A stretch of 43,219 nt of DNA from Macrostomum lignano (taxonomy: Eukaryota). This document shows positions 29,238 to 41,929 of this stretch, in pieces. The stretch lies in NCBI GenBank assembly GCA_002269645.1, contig NIVC01001506.1, positions 1 through 43,219 on the forward strand. Reading direction: 5' to 3'. Within the stretch, counting starts at the first letter, position 1. Every line of letters starts with the position of its first letter. Below the pieces are notes generated by a model. The model was not told the origin of the DNA. It was given only the letters and a program-made list of their open reading frames with translations, and did not search any database. The position numbers and the translations under genes are program-made.

Positions 29238-30055
29238 TGTGTGATAATCTATGGGTCAGGTTATCATGTGTGATAATCTATGGGTCAGGTTATCATGTGT
29301 GATAATCTATGGGTCAGGTTATCATGTGTGATAGTCTATGGGTCAGGTCATCATGTGTGATAATCTTGGGTCAGGTTATCATGTGTGATAGTCTATGGGT
29401 CAGGTTATCATGTGTGATAATCTATGGGTCAGGTTATCATGTGTGATAATCTTTGGGTCAGGTTATCATGTGTGATAATCTATGGGTCAGGTTATCATGT
29501 GTGATAATCTATGGGTCAGGTTATCATGTGTGATAATCTATGGGTCAGGTTATCATGTGTGATAATCTATGGGTCAGGTTATCATGTGTGATAATCTATG
29601 AGTCAGGTTATCATGTGTGATAATCTATGGGTCAGGTTATCATGTGTGATAATCTATGGGTCAGGTTATCATGTGTGATAATCTATGGGTCAGGTTATCA
29701 TGTGTGATAATCTATGGGTCAGGTTATCATGTGTGATAATCTATGAGTCAGGTTATCATGTGTGATAATCTACGGGTCAGATTATCGTGTGTATTTAATC
29801 ATGCATCTATGGGTGAGAATATCTTGTGTGATAATCAATGAGTGAGATTATCTTGTGTGATAATCTAAAGGTGAAATTTTCTTGTGTGATAATCTATGGG
29901 TGAGATTATCGTGTCTGATAATCAATGGGTGAGATTATCGTGCCTGATAATCTATGGGTGAGATTATCGTGTCTGATAATCTATAGGTGAGATTATCGTG
30001 TCTGATAATCTATGGGTGAGATTATCGTGTCTGATAATCTATGGGTAAGATTTTC
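29238..30055 (+). repeat. 29-bp minisatellite downstream of CSP (two sub-arrays)
   Basis: GTGTGATAATCTATGGGTCAGGTTATCAT to ~29790, then GATAATCTATGGGTGAGATTATCGTGTCT; same family as the intron 4 array. Confidence 0.95.
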
Positions 30056-31147
30056 TTGACTGATCCAATGAGATTTTTGTGGAGGTTTGTCGGATTCTCT
30101 TAGTTAATTTTGAATAATTAGCAAAGCACAAATATTCGGAACAAAGTTTGCAGAATTTGCAGAAAGTTTCCACACTTGCCTCAACTTTGCCGCCTAAAAT
30201 TGTGTCCTTGTGTCTTTACATTTCATTGATTGTGATATAACAAATTTAACTAAACGCTTGCTATAATTAATGCTCAAGGTGCTGCTTATAAACCAATCAG
30301 TTCTGAAAGCCTGATATGTAGTTATCAACATATAATGTACATTTGTTAAAGTCGAATGTTTAGCTTGTTTCGTCTGTTCCTCAACCTCTTAGCCACCGAC
30401 TGTTAGTATGCTACTTATTTTTGTTATTATGTTATTGTTATAATTATTGCTACAAATTGTGGCAGTTTTATCTTGCAGTATAATGTGGATAGCGAAATTG
30501 TTACCTTGTTTCACAGTGACATATTGTGTAGTAAAGTAGATTTTTTACTCAAAGACTCATTAGCTTTGATTTTATTGTTTAGCTAATAAATTTCATTTGA
30601 TGCGTTCCAGTTGAAAATCTGTAAATCTTTTCTTTAGGCTAAGGGAATCAGAATAGAGTGAAATTGAGAGTAGGAAAAAATTAAAATAAATTAAAGGGTT
30701 GATGGGGTAGATAGAGATAGATGGAAGGGTAGATTGGGGTAGAATGATAGTAGATCTGGTAGAATAAGGGCAGATGAGGTAGAATCAAGGGTAGATAGGA
30801 GTAGAGTGCGGGTAGATATACATCTAGGGTAGAATAAAAGGTAGATAGGGGTAGAATGAAGGGTAGATAGGATTACATGCGTAAACAGAATTGTGTAGAA
30901 ATGGGTAGAACAGTCCGTAGGCAACACAGATGGACGGAGAGGCGTACATGGAAGAGCTTAAGTGTGTATTAATTTTTATATATTATGTGGCTAAAGCGTA
31001 CTTATGTTTTGTTTTTAATGTATTATTCAGTAATAGCAGTAATTTTGACACGGAACACGCCCAAAAGTTCGAAATATGATCAAATTGTTTATTGTGTGCT
31101 TGTTAATTTTGCATTCAATATTTCAAGCGCTTGTTTTTCAAGCGCTG

Positions 31148-31870
31148 ATCTGGGAGGGTGGTAGAGTCCTACCTGAGATCTGGGAGGGTGATAGAGTCCT
31201 ACCTGAGATCTGGGAGGGTGGTAGAGTCCTACCTGAGATCTGGAGGGTGGTAGAGTCCTACCTGAGATCTGGGAGAGTGGTAGAGTTCTACCTGAGATCT
31301 GGGAGGGTGATAGAGTCCTACCTGAGATCTGGGAGGGTGGTAGAGTCCTACCTGAGATCTGGGAGGGTGGTAGAGTCCTACCTGAGATCTGGGAGGGTGA
31401 TAGAGTCCTACCTGAGATCTGGGAGGGTGGTAGAGTCCTACCTGAGATCTGGGAGAGTGGTAGAGTTCTACCTGAGATCTGGGAGGGTGATAGAGTCCTA
31501 CCTGAGATCTGGGAGGGTGGTAGAGTCCTACCTGAGATCTGGGAGGGTGGTAGAGTCCTACCTGAGATCTGGGGGGGTTGGGGCCTACCTGAGATCTGGG
31601 AGGGTGGTAGAGTCCTACCTGAGATCTGGGGGGGGGGCTACCTATGATCTGGGAGGGTGGTAGAGTCCTATACCTGAGATCTGGGGGGGGGGCTACCAGC
31701 TACCTATGATCTGGGAGGGTGGTAGAGTCCTACCTGAGATCTGGGGGGGGGGGTTGGGGCCTACCTATGATCTGGGAGGGTGGTAGAGTCCTACCTGAGA
31801 TCTGGAAGGGTGGTAGAGTCCTACCTGAGATCTGGGAGAGTGATTACAGTCCAACCCGAGATCTGGGGGG
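31148..31870 (+). repeat. 30-bp minisatellite between the convergent CSP and CLC genes
   Basis: Unit ACCTGAGATCTGGGAGGGTGGTAGAGTCCT. It produces the VVESYLRSGR pseudo-ORFs. Confidence 0.95.
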
Positions 31871-33222
31871 GGGTGGTAAAGCTCTCGCCGGCGCATTGCA
31901 CTGGAGTTTTAAACCGTAGTGCAAGCTTTGCTCATAAATGCACATGCACATTGCGATGTGCAAGTCGTTGTCGTTAAAACGCTTTAAGTTTAAGGGCAGT
32001 GTTATAAACGGACTTTCAGAGAGCATGGCGATGCACGCGTCACCATGTATCAATATATATTTGTAATGTTTCTGTGTGTACTTTTACCGAGTGCTTCTAG
32101 ATGAGCATATATTTTTCCTTTTTATAGTTATTATATAATCTGGCTTTACCGGACCATCAAGACGATTTTCCTTGCGCTAAATTATCAAATATTTGTTTAT
32201 CAAGACTGTATTGAACGAAATGAATAATTATAAAAGAATTCTGCAGAATTAAGCAAAAGCAGCTTTGTTCGTGTGCCAGAACTGTGGACAAAGCTATTAT
32301 TATTTTTATCATTATAAACATTTTAATTTTTCAAAATGACTGACCTTAAAAAATTTATAACAATAAGACGCAAAATACATCAATAATCCACGCATACTAC
32401 TCGCATTGTGTGTGTACGAGCCTAGAAATTATTATATCACATTTTTAACGATGCAATAGAGCCGCTTGCACTTTTAACCATTCATATACCTTACTTAAGT
32501 TTATACATGTTAATTGGTTTCCGATGACTGCCGAGAAAGTACATCATGTACGGTTGGTTATTCAACACATCCAAGAGTCTATTTGTCAAGTGACGCAAAA
32601 TTCGAACTCTGTTTGGTAGCGGTGCCTTGTCGGCCTACTAATAGTAAGATAGGCGAATTTAGCCAGAATAAAAGATTCGCAGTGAGAGGTTCGTACAGGT
32701 GTGGCACAAATTAATGCTATTATAAACAATCATCACTACTGATCACTGAAGCAGTTTAGTGGCGAAAGAGTTAGATAAAAAGTAAAGGCAAATAACAATA
32801 GATAATAATGCATACTGAAATATCAAGAAACGTTTTTAGGACTACTTCCTATTCTTTGTCATAAGTTTCTTTGTCTACTTACTATTAGTAGTAGTAGAGC
32901 TGTCTACAATAATAATCATTTCATTTAAGTAGTTAGCAAAGATAATTTTACGCTTACTACTAAAAAAGGAAATGATACTACTCAATTGAAAGTAGCTCAG
33001 TAGTATAACGCTTAATTAGAACGCATTTCAGGAATGCCGCCTGAATGACAGAAGAATTCAATGGTGATAAATTCAGCTGCAATCAGAGATTTGAATATTA
33101 TGAAAAGAACAATAGAAAATTGCAATATACACAACGAGGACAAACAACATTTATTCTTAATGTCAAATTTGTGTGAACCAATTTGCGCGAGGCAATGCAT
33201 TAGCGTAGAGCATGCATCGGAT

Positions 33223-36200
33223 TTAGGAGAAAATCAGATTATGTGGATCGATGCTGTGCAGGTATTCGATGTGCCGAAGCACGTCTTTCTTGGTGATGAG
33301 GCCCAACAGGCGGCCATTGTGCGTCACCAGCGTCTGGCGGAGGCCCAGCTTGCGGAACATCTCCAGGACAACCTCCATGGGCGTCTGGTCTGTGACCGTG
33401 ATGGGCGACTGGGGCGAAAAGGGGGGTTGCATACAGGCTTGTATTCGTCTGATTGGTCAATAGAGGCGAAGCTGACCTTGCTACATAGAGTAGGCAAATG
33501 ATAAAGGCTTCAAAGTTGAAAAGCGACTCCGAGGGTTCTTGAGGTTAACTGACGGGCGATTTTTGGGGAATTACTGAGGGGCGATTCTTAAGGTTGCTGA
33601 GGGGCGATTTTAAGGTTGCTGAGGGGCGATTCTAAGGTTGCTGAGGGGCTCTTCTTAGGGTTACCGAGGGGCGATTCTTAGGGTTGCTGAGGGGCGATTC
33701 TTAAGGTTGCTGAGGGGCGATTCTTAAGGTTGCTGAGGGGCTATTCTTAAGGTTGCTGAGGGGTTATTCTTAAGGTTGCTGAGGGGCTATTCTTAAGGTT
33801 GCTGAGGGGCGATTCTTAAGGTTGCTGAGTGCGATTCTTGGGGTTTCTGAAGGGCGATTTTTAGATTCTTAAGTAATCAAGTAACGAAAATTCTGGCACT
33901 AAGTGAAGAGACTTCTGATAGACTTTGATGAAGATCAGATCAGCCAATCGGAGTCTATATGTACAGAATTCCAAAACTGCCGAAGCTCACCAAATCAACG
34001 ATTCGCCTCAGCTTCAATGCCGGCGGCTGTCCGTCAGTGGAGGAGGCGCCAGCGTCTGTGTGTCTGGCAGCGACCGCGCCAGCGACCAGGTGCTCGGTGA
34101 AGTACACCAGCGAGTCGCCGACAATGCCGTCCTCGTTTTTGCGAGCGAATTCTGGAAAAATGGAAAATATTTTTCCATTTCTTTGATGTTTGCCGCTAAC
34201 CTCATCTGATTCTTTGATGTTTGCCGCTAACCTCATCTGATTCTTTGATGTTTGCCGCTAACCTCATCTGATTCTTTGATGTTTGCCGCTAACCTCATCT
34301 GATTCTTTGATGTTTGCCGCTAACCTCATCTGATTCTTTGATGTTTGCCGCTAACCTCATCTGATTCTTTGATGTTTGCCGCTAACCTCATCTGATTCTT
34401 TGATGTTTGCCGCTAACCTCATCTGATTCTTTGATGTTTGCCGCTAACCTCATCTGATTCTTTGATGTTTGCCGCTAACCTCATCTGATTCTTTGATGTT
34501 TGCCGCTATACCCTTATCTGATTCTTTGATGTTTGCCGATATACCCTCATCAGATTCTTTGATGTTTGCCGCTATACCCTAATCTGATTCTTTGATGTTT
34601 GCCGCTAACCTCATTGATTCTTTGATGTTTGCCGCTAACCTCATCTGATTCTTTTATGTTTGCCGCTAACCTCATCAGATTCTTTGATGTTTGCCGCTAT
34701 ACCCTCATCAGATTCTTTGATGTTTGCCGCTTATAACTTATTTGATTCTTTGATGATTTCCGCTACTCCTAACTCCCGTGACGTCATCACTCTCTATCAC
34801 AGCCAACCCAAGTCAATAAACTCCTCACCCAGAGCTAGCATCAGATCCCGCCTGGTCACGAATCCCAGCAGATAGTGAGAGTCTCGCGACACCACCACGG
34901 GATACCCATTGACATCCGACGCGGCCATGAGAGTCTCCAAGTCTTCCACATTCATGGAGTCCTGATACAGCAGTTGCAGCTGGGCTTCGCCCCGCCTCGG
35001 GTGCATGACATCCGCTGCGATGGTGGTGTGCGCGAACTCCTCCTTGTTGTCAAGGTACGGGTAGCCATTCAGCCTGATGTGCTCCTCATAGATGCCGCCT
35101 TTAGTCAGCCGGTCGCCCACCCACTTGCTAGTCATAGCTGCGATCATCAGCGGCACAATGTACTGCAGGCCGCCGGTGAGCTCCAGCATGATGGCCACCA
35201 GAGACAGCGTCATTCGGGTCACCCCGCCCAAGGCGGCGGCTGCCCCGATCATGGCGTACAGGCCGCTGTTGATGCAGGGTTGTCCGGCCCGGCAGAACAG
35301 GCGGAATGGGAAGCTGTCCATGCGGGAGACGGCCACTTGCTCCAGCACGTTGCCAAGGACGCGGCCGGCTATGGCGCCAACGGCCAGGGACGGGATGAAC
35401 AGGCCTGAGGGCACCTGCGGGTGAGAAGGGGCATTTTAAGGGCCATTCTAAAGGACATTTAAGGACCATTGTTCTAGAGGACATTTAAGGGCGATTGTTC
35501 TAGAGGACATTTAAGGGCGATTGTTCTAGAGGACATTTAAGGTCCATTGTTCTAGAGGACATTTAAGGTCCATTGTTTTAGAGGACATTTAAGGGCGATT
35601 GTTCTAGAGGACATTTAAGGTCCATTGTTTTAGAGGACATTTAAGGGCGATTGTTCTAGAGGACATTTAAGGGCGATTGTTCTAGAGGACATTTAAGGTC
35701 CATTGTTCTAGAGGACATTTAAGGTCCATTGTTCTAGAGGACATTTAAGGTCCATTGTTCTAAAGGAAATTTACGGTCCATTGTTCTAGAGGACATTTAA
35801 GGGCGATTGTTCTAGAGGACATTTAAGGTCTATTGTTCTAGAGGACATTTAAGGTCCATTGTTCTAGAGGACATTTAAGGACGATTGTTCTAGAGGACAT
35901 TTAAGGTACATTGTTCTAGAGGACATTTAAGGGCGATTGTTCTAGAGGACATTTAAGGGCGATTATTGCAAAAATTGTACTCGTAATAAACAATCAATTA
36001 AATCACCTTAATACCAAAGGTGAACACGGTAGCCACCATCTTGAACAGGTAGGCCAGCATGAGTTTCCACATGGCGCTGTAGATACCGGGCCCCGCGGGA
36101 GCCGAGCCAGAGTAGTCATTCGTACTGTTCCACTTGTAATCGCACAGCTCCGCCTCGTCCTCAGGGCCGCACTTGCTGAACAGCAGCTTGATCAGGCGGC

Positions 36201-39200
36201 TGGTGTTCATCCTGGTGTACGTATTCGGAAAGGCTAGCAGCGCCGTCACCAAGGTAACCAGCATGACCTCGGCTATTGGGAATCTGCCCAGGCGGCCGAA
36301 TTTCCTTATTCTACAAATCCACACGTTGGCACGAATGAAGCCCGCGCCGAACAGGCCTCCGATAACTCCGAGCAGGATGAACGGGCCGATCTCGATCACG
36401 GACCAGGTGGACCGGTACTCCACATAGAACAGCACCAGGTGATCATTGCCAAACGGATTAACCAGCTTCAGCACCGAGGCTGCCACCATGCTGCAGAAGA
36501 AGCTGCGCCACAAAGTCTTCAATGGGAAATAGTAGCTGGCCTCTTCAAGGCTGAACAGCACGCCGCCAAGTGGCGCGCCAAAGGCGATGCTTACACCTGC
36601 GGCAGCGGCGGCCGACAGAACCTCCCGCTTCTTGGCCTCGTTGCGGCCGTACTTGGGGAACAGGTAGGCGATGATGTTGCCGCAGCAGGCCGCCATGTGC
36701 ACCATGGGGCCCTCCTTGCCCAGGTTCAGGCCGGCTGACACGGCCAGCATGATGCCCACCGACTTAATTAACAGCGTCCACTTGCCCAGATAGCCGCGGA
36801 TCACAAACCCGGATAGGATGGTCTTCATCTCCGGGATGCCAGAGCCGCAGGCGTACGGAGCGAACACTTTCACTAGCAGGGCGGCCAGCAGTGCGAACAG
36901 TAGGGACCACAGGATGTACAGCAGGTATTTGAATATGTAGGCGCCGAAGTCTTTGTTGCTGTCGCCAACTAGCTCCGCCCAGGTGTACCACTACCGGAGT
37001 GGGGAGGCGCATTAGTAATTATATACTGTGATTCTTCAGTTTGTTTAGTGATTCTCAATTGGTTTAAGGTAATTCTCTACCGGTTTAGAGTGATTCTCAA
37101 ATGGTTCAATGACTCTCAATAGGATCAGAGAGAGAAAGTGACTCTTAATAGGATCATAGAGTGACTCTCAATAGGATCAGAGATAAGAGTGACTCTCAAT
37201 AGGATCATAGAGTGACTCTCAATAGGATCATAGAGTGACTCTCAATAGGATCATAGAGTGACTCTCAATAGGATCAGAGATAAGAGTGACTCTCAATAGG
37301 ATCATAGAGTGACTCTCAATAGGATCAGAGATAAGAGTGACTCTCAATAGGATCATAGAGTGACTCTCAATAGGATCAGAGATAAGAGTGACTCTCAATA
37401 GGATCATAGAGTGACTCTCAATAGGATCATAGAGTGACTCTCAATAGGATCAGAGATAAGAGTGACTCTCAATAGGATCATAGAGTGACTCTCAATAGGA
37501 TCATAGAGTGACTCTCAATAGGATCATAGAGTGACTCTCAATAGGATCAGAGATAAGAGTGACTCTCAATAGGATCATAGAGTGACTCTCAATAGGATCA
37601 TAGAGTGACTCTCAATAGGATCATAGAGTGACTCTCAATAGGATCAGAGATAAGAGTGACTCTCAATAGGATCATAGAGTGACTCTCAATAGGATCATAG
37701 AGTGACTCTCAATAGGATCAGAGATAAGAGTGACTCTCAATAGGATCATAGAGTGACTCTCAATAGGATCATAGAGTGACTCTCAATAGGATCATAGAGT
37801 GACTCTCAATAGGATCAGAGATAAGAGTGACTCTCAATAGGATCAGAGAGTGACTCTCAATAGGATCAGAGAGTGACTCTCAATAGGATCAGAGATAAGA
37901 GTGACTCTCAATAGGATCAGAGAGTGACTCTCAATAGGATCAGAGATAAGAGTGACTCTCAATAAGATCAGAGAGTGACTCTCAATAAGATCAGAGAGTG
38001 ACTCTCAATAGGATCAGAGATAAGAGTGACTCTCAATAAGATTAGAGAGTGACTCTCAATAAGATCACAGAGTGACTCTCAATAGGATCAGAGAGTGAAC
38101 AGTGACTCCCAACAACCAGTCGCACCTGTCTGCAGGCCTGCTCATCATCAAATGTGGTATCGTTAGAAGACCAGCAGCATTGCTCCTTGTTGAACCAGAA
38201 CGCCTCGGCGCAGATCCCGTCGCGAAGGTCCGACATCCACGTGGTGCCGATGTCGACAACTCCCGCCACTAGGCCTGGAAATTGCGGAGAAAAAACACAC
38301 TTTACTACTGAATTACTAGAAGTAGTCTGCAACGCTTCAACGGAGTATTTTCCGCTCAATTTGCTAAACAATAATGATCAAAGAAAATCTGGTCAAAGGA
38401 TTTTGCGTCAATTGGGATTTGGAGAGCAAAGACGCTTTCTGTTCCATCCGTTAAGCCCTACAAAGTCTTTAATCTGTGTCGTCTGCTCCGTATATTAATC
38501 ACAGGTGCTAAATAATGGTTATTGACTGAGCCAAGGCAAATTATTTTTAAACGCACACTGAAACATTACGCAGGTAGGCTGAGACTCATAAAGAATATTG
38601 ATTTTGGCGTACAAAAACTTGTGCACTACATCTAGGAGGCTGGCCCAGCAACTGATGAGGATCTGGGAGGCTGGACCAACAACTGACACTCTGGGAGGCT
38701 GGCCCAGCAACTGATGAGGATTTGGGAGGCTGGCCCAAAAACTGACACTCTGGGAGGCTGGCCCAGCAACTGATGAGGATTTGGGAGGCTGGCCCAAAAA
38801 CTGACACTCTGGGAGGCTGGCCCAGCAACTGATGAGGATTTGGGAGGCTGGCCCAGCAACTGATGAGGATTTGGGAGGCTAGCCCAGCAACTGAGGAGCT
38901 GGGAGTCAGTCGGCCTAGGAAGATAGAAGCAACAAGGGGATCAGGGAGGAAAACTGCGACACCATTAGGGCGGGAGCTGAAAAAATCTGCAAAAACATGC
39001 CATTGAAACTGGAGAACAACCTGCTGGCATCTCATTTCTTTCCATCAGCGCAGGGTTAAAATATCCATGCAAAAATGCCTACCCGCAGAGTCAGTAAGAC
39101 AGCTGATTAAACAGCTGCTCCACTAACATCTGAAATATTAGCCTACACAACTCGCATCTGCACTGGCCGCTGGGATCTACCCAATCCTTTATCGATAATA

Positions 39201-40242
39201 TTGAAGTCCTTTAGCTACCTAAGGTATCTATTCCTAATCTATTATTTATTCTAATTTGAACTATTTTTATAAACCAAATCCAGCCAACAGTCTACTCTTC
39301 GACCACTATACACTTTCATGTATCACTTATCTACTTTGATATCTGATATAATCTCATTTGTAGCTCTAATCCTCCCTGCAGTCCCATACTAAACTATCGT
39401 GTTATCTACTCTACCTTCCTATCCATCCTCTAATCTACCCTACTCTACCGTAGTATCATCTACCCTCTGAGCTACCCAGAAGCCTAATTTACTGCCCTAT
39501 CTACCCCTAATCTACCTTTTAGTCTACTTACCTTCCTATCTACCCCATAATCTACCCTGCAGTCTACTCTAACTTGCTATCTACCACCTGATCTACCCTG
39601 CAGTCCACTCTACCTTCCTATCTACCCCATAATCTACCCCGCAGTCCACTCTACCTTCCTATCTACCCCCTAATCTACCCTGCAGTCTACTCTAACTTGC
39701 TATCTACCACCTGATCTACCCTGCAGTCCACTCTACCTTCCTATCTACCCCATAATCTACCCCGCAGTCCACTCTACCTTCCTATCTACCCCCTAATCTA
39801 CCCTGCAGTCTACTCTATCTTCCTATCTACCCCCTAATCTACCTTGCAGTCTACTCTACCTTCCTATCTACCACCTAATCTACCCTGCAGTCTACTCAAA
39901 CCTCTGATCGGCACAAAATCTATCCTGCAGTTTACCCTAATCTAATAAAAATTTAACATCTACTCCGATTCCACCCCACTTTCCCTCATCCAAATCCGCA
40001 GCATCAGTTCTTCATCAACTCACCAGCGGCAACCGCAATCAGTCCAACGCACAGCCAGCCAGAAAAGCTGTCGAACAGCGACACCAGCTTGCCGCGACAG
40101 CTCAGCTTCATCCGGCGCAGAATCTCTCGGTGCCGCTTGCGGTGCCGGCCGATGTCTTTCAGCCAGTCGATGGTCTCGAAGTCGTTATAGTGGCCCTCGG
40201 CGAGGCCGGCAGCCTCGTTGGCGTCTATAGGATTAGCGCCGC
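33223..40242 (-). CDS. CLCN3: CLC-3/4/5-type 2Cl-/H+ exchanger, 6 exons found, 5' exon(s) not located (~761 aa recovered)
   Basis: Exons 40242-40024, 38274-38126, 36990-36007, 35414-34829, 34151-33991 and 33408-33223, all phase-compatible. Motifs [33 protein letters not shown] (gating Glu), [12 protein letters not shown] (proton Glu), [20 protein letters not shown], and two CBS domains ending [11 protein letters not shown]. The symbol denotes the CLCN3/4/5 group, not a resolved orthologue. Confidence 0.95.
33553..33860 (+). repeat. 23-bp minisatellite, last CLC intron
   Basis: Unit TTAAGGTTGCTGAGGGGCGATTC. Confidence 0.93.
34180..34755 (+). repeat. 31-bp minisatellite, CLC intron
   Basis: Unit TTTGATGTTTGCCGCTAACCTCATCTGATTC. 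Confidence 0.95.
35430..35965 (+). repeat. 26-bp minisatellite, CLC intron
   Basis: Unit ATTGTTCTAGAGGACATTTAAGGGCG / ...AAGGTCC. Confidence 0.95.
37110..38100 (+). repeat. 23/28-bp minisatellite, CLC intron
   Basis: Units GAGTGACTCTCAATAGGATCATA and GAGTGACTCTCAATAGGATCAGAGATAA are interspersed. Confidence 0.96.
38635..38915 (+). repeat. 28/31-bp minisatellite, CLC intron
   Basis: Units GGGAGGCTGGCCCAGCAACTGATGAGGATTT / GGGAGGCTGGCCCAAAAACTGACACTCT. Confidence 0.92.
39480..39900 (+). repeat. ~41-bp minisatellite, CLC intron
   Basis: Unit CTACCCCATAATCTACCCTGCAGTCCACTCTACCTTCCTAT. Confidence 0.9.
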
Positions 40243-40309
40243 CTGTGAGAGGTGTAAACGGATTAGTATTAGGAATACGGATAAAAGGGTTACCATTTTA
40301 GATGGGATT

Positions 40310-41370
40310 TAAATCCTAATGTTTGGGTGGGATTCTAATCCCAATCTTCGGGTGGGATTCTAATCCCAATCTTTGTGTAGGATTTTAATTCCAATCTTTG
40401 TGTGGGATTCTAATCCCAATCTTTGGGTGGGATTCTAATCCCAATCTTTGTGTAGGAATTTAATCCATATCTTCGGGTGGGATTTTAATCCCAATCTTTG
40501 TGTAGGAATTTAATCCCAATCTTTGGTGGGATTCTAATCCCAATCTTTGTGTAGGATTTTAATTCCAATCTTTGTGTGGGATTCTAATCCCAATCTTTGT
40601 GTAGGATTTTAATTCCAATCTTTGTGTGGGATTCTAATCCCAATCTTTGTGTAGGATTTTAATTCCAATCTTTGTGTGGGATTCTAATCCCAATCTTTGG
40701 GTGGGATTCTAATCCCAATCTTTGTGTAGGAATTTAATCCATATCTTCGGGTGGGATTTTAATCCCAATCTTTGGGTGGGATTCTAATCCCAATCTTTGT
40801 GTAGGAATTTAATCCCAATCTTTGGGTGGGATTCTAATCCCAATCTTTGTGTAGGAATTTAATCCCAATCTTCGGATGCGATTTTAATCCCAATCATCGG
40901 ATGCGATTCTAATCCCAACCTACAAGTGGCATTTTAATTCTAATCTGCAGGTGGGATTCTAATCCCAATTTTCGGGTGAGATTTTAATCCCAATTTTCGG
41001 GTGAGATTTTAATCCTAATCTTTGTGTAGGATTTTAATTCCAATCTTTGGGTGAGAGTCTAATGCCAATCTTTGTGTGGGATTTTAATTCCAATCTTTGT
41101 GTGGGATTTTAATTCCAATCTTTGTGTGGGATTTTAATTCCAATCTTTGTGTGGGATTTTAATTCCAATCTTTGTGTGGGATTTTAATTCCAATCTTTGT
41201 GTGGGATTTTAATTCCAATCTTTGTGTGGGATTTTAATTCCAATTTTTGTGTGGGATTTTAATTTTAATCATTGTGTGGGATTTTAATTCCAATCTTTGG
41301 GTGGGATTCTAATCCCAATTCTCAAGTGGGATTCTAAACCCCATTTAGGGGTGAGATTCTAATCCAATCT
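40310..41370 (+). repeat. 25-bp minisatellite upstream of the first recovered CLC exon
   Basis: Unit GTGGGATT(C/T)TAAT(C/T)CCAATCTTTGT. Confidence 0.95.
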
Positions 41371-41929
41371 TCGATATGATTTTTTCCACATCATTATATA
41401 TGATCTTCCTTGTTAAATGCTTGCTTATACCAAGTGAATTTTGAAGATAGCAACATGAAAAACCAGGCCTATAGAGACGGTTTGAACTGCGCCAAACAGA
41501 ACGCGAACGCATGCCTGTATAGACAAGGCTTGAATAACACAGATTTTTCTGAATAAATTAGCATGGGCCAAGTTACAGGCCTAACAGCTAAATTACACGG
41601 GCCTGTTTAAGTGTACTAATTTTATCATCACAAATAGCAGCAACCTGCCTGTCTATCTGCACAGTGACTGGTTAGTCAGCTAGGGCCAAGGTAAAAAGGA
41701 CCGCAAATTTGTAACGAACGGAATCTTGGAAGACTTATATATGAAAATGCAAGTAAACCCTTGCACTAACTAAACCTACCGATGGCTTTATGCGTTTATA
41801 AGGCTCCAATTCTATAACGCTTGAATAGCGCTTTTAACCAGATTAAATTAAACAAATGTCACTGCAGAATAACAAGTGAGTCCACTTGCATAGGTCAAGG
41901 GCACCCATTGAGGACAAAATAGTGCAATT

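Noticed and set aside
31076-31977. 195-aa ORF with a hydrophobic N-terminus and VVESYLRSGR repeats
   Set aside because: The 30-bp unit is a multiple of 3 without stops; frame shifts within the array show no coding constraint.
34875-37012. Antisense or alternative-frame ORFs over CLC exons (and similar ones over gene 1 and the DIRS ORFs)
   Set aside because: Shadow ORFs of GC3-rich coding sequence.
38586-39130. Possible alternative CLC exon
   Set aside because: No similarity to CLC sequence; exons 40242-40024 and 38274-38126 already join seamlessly.
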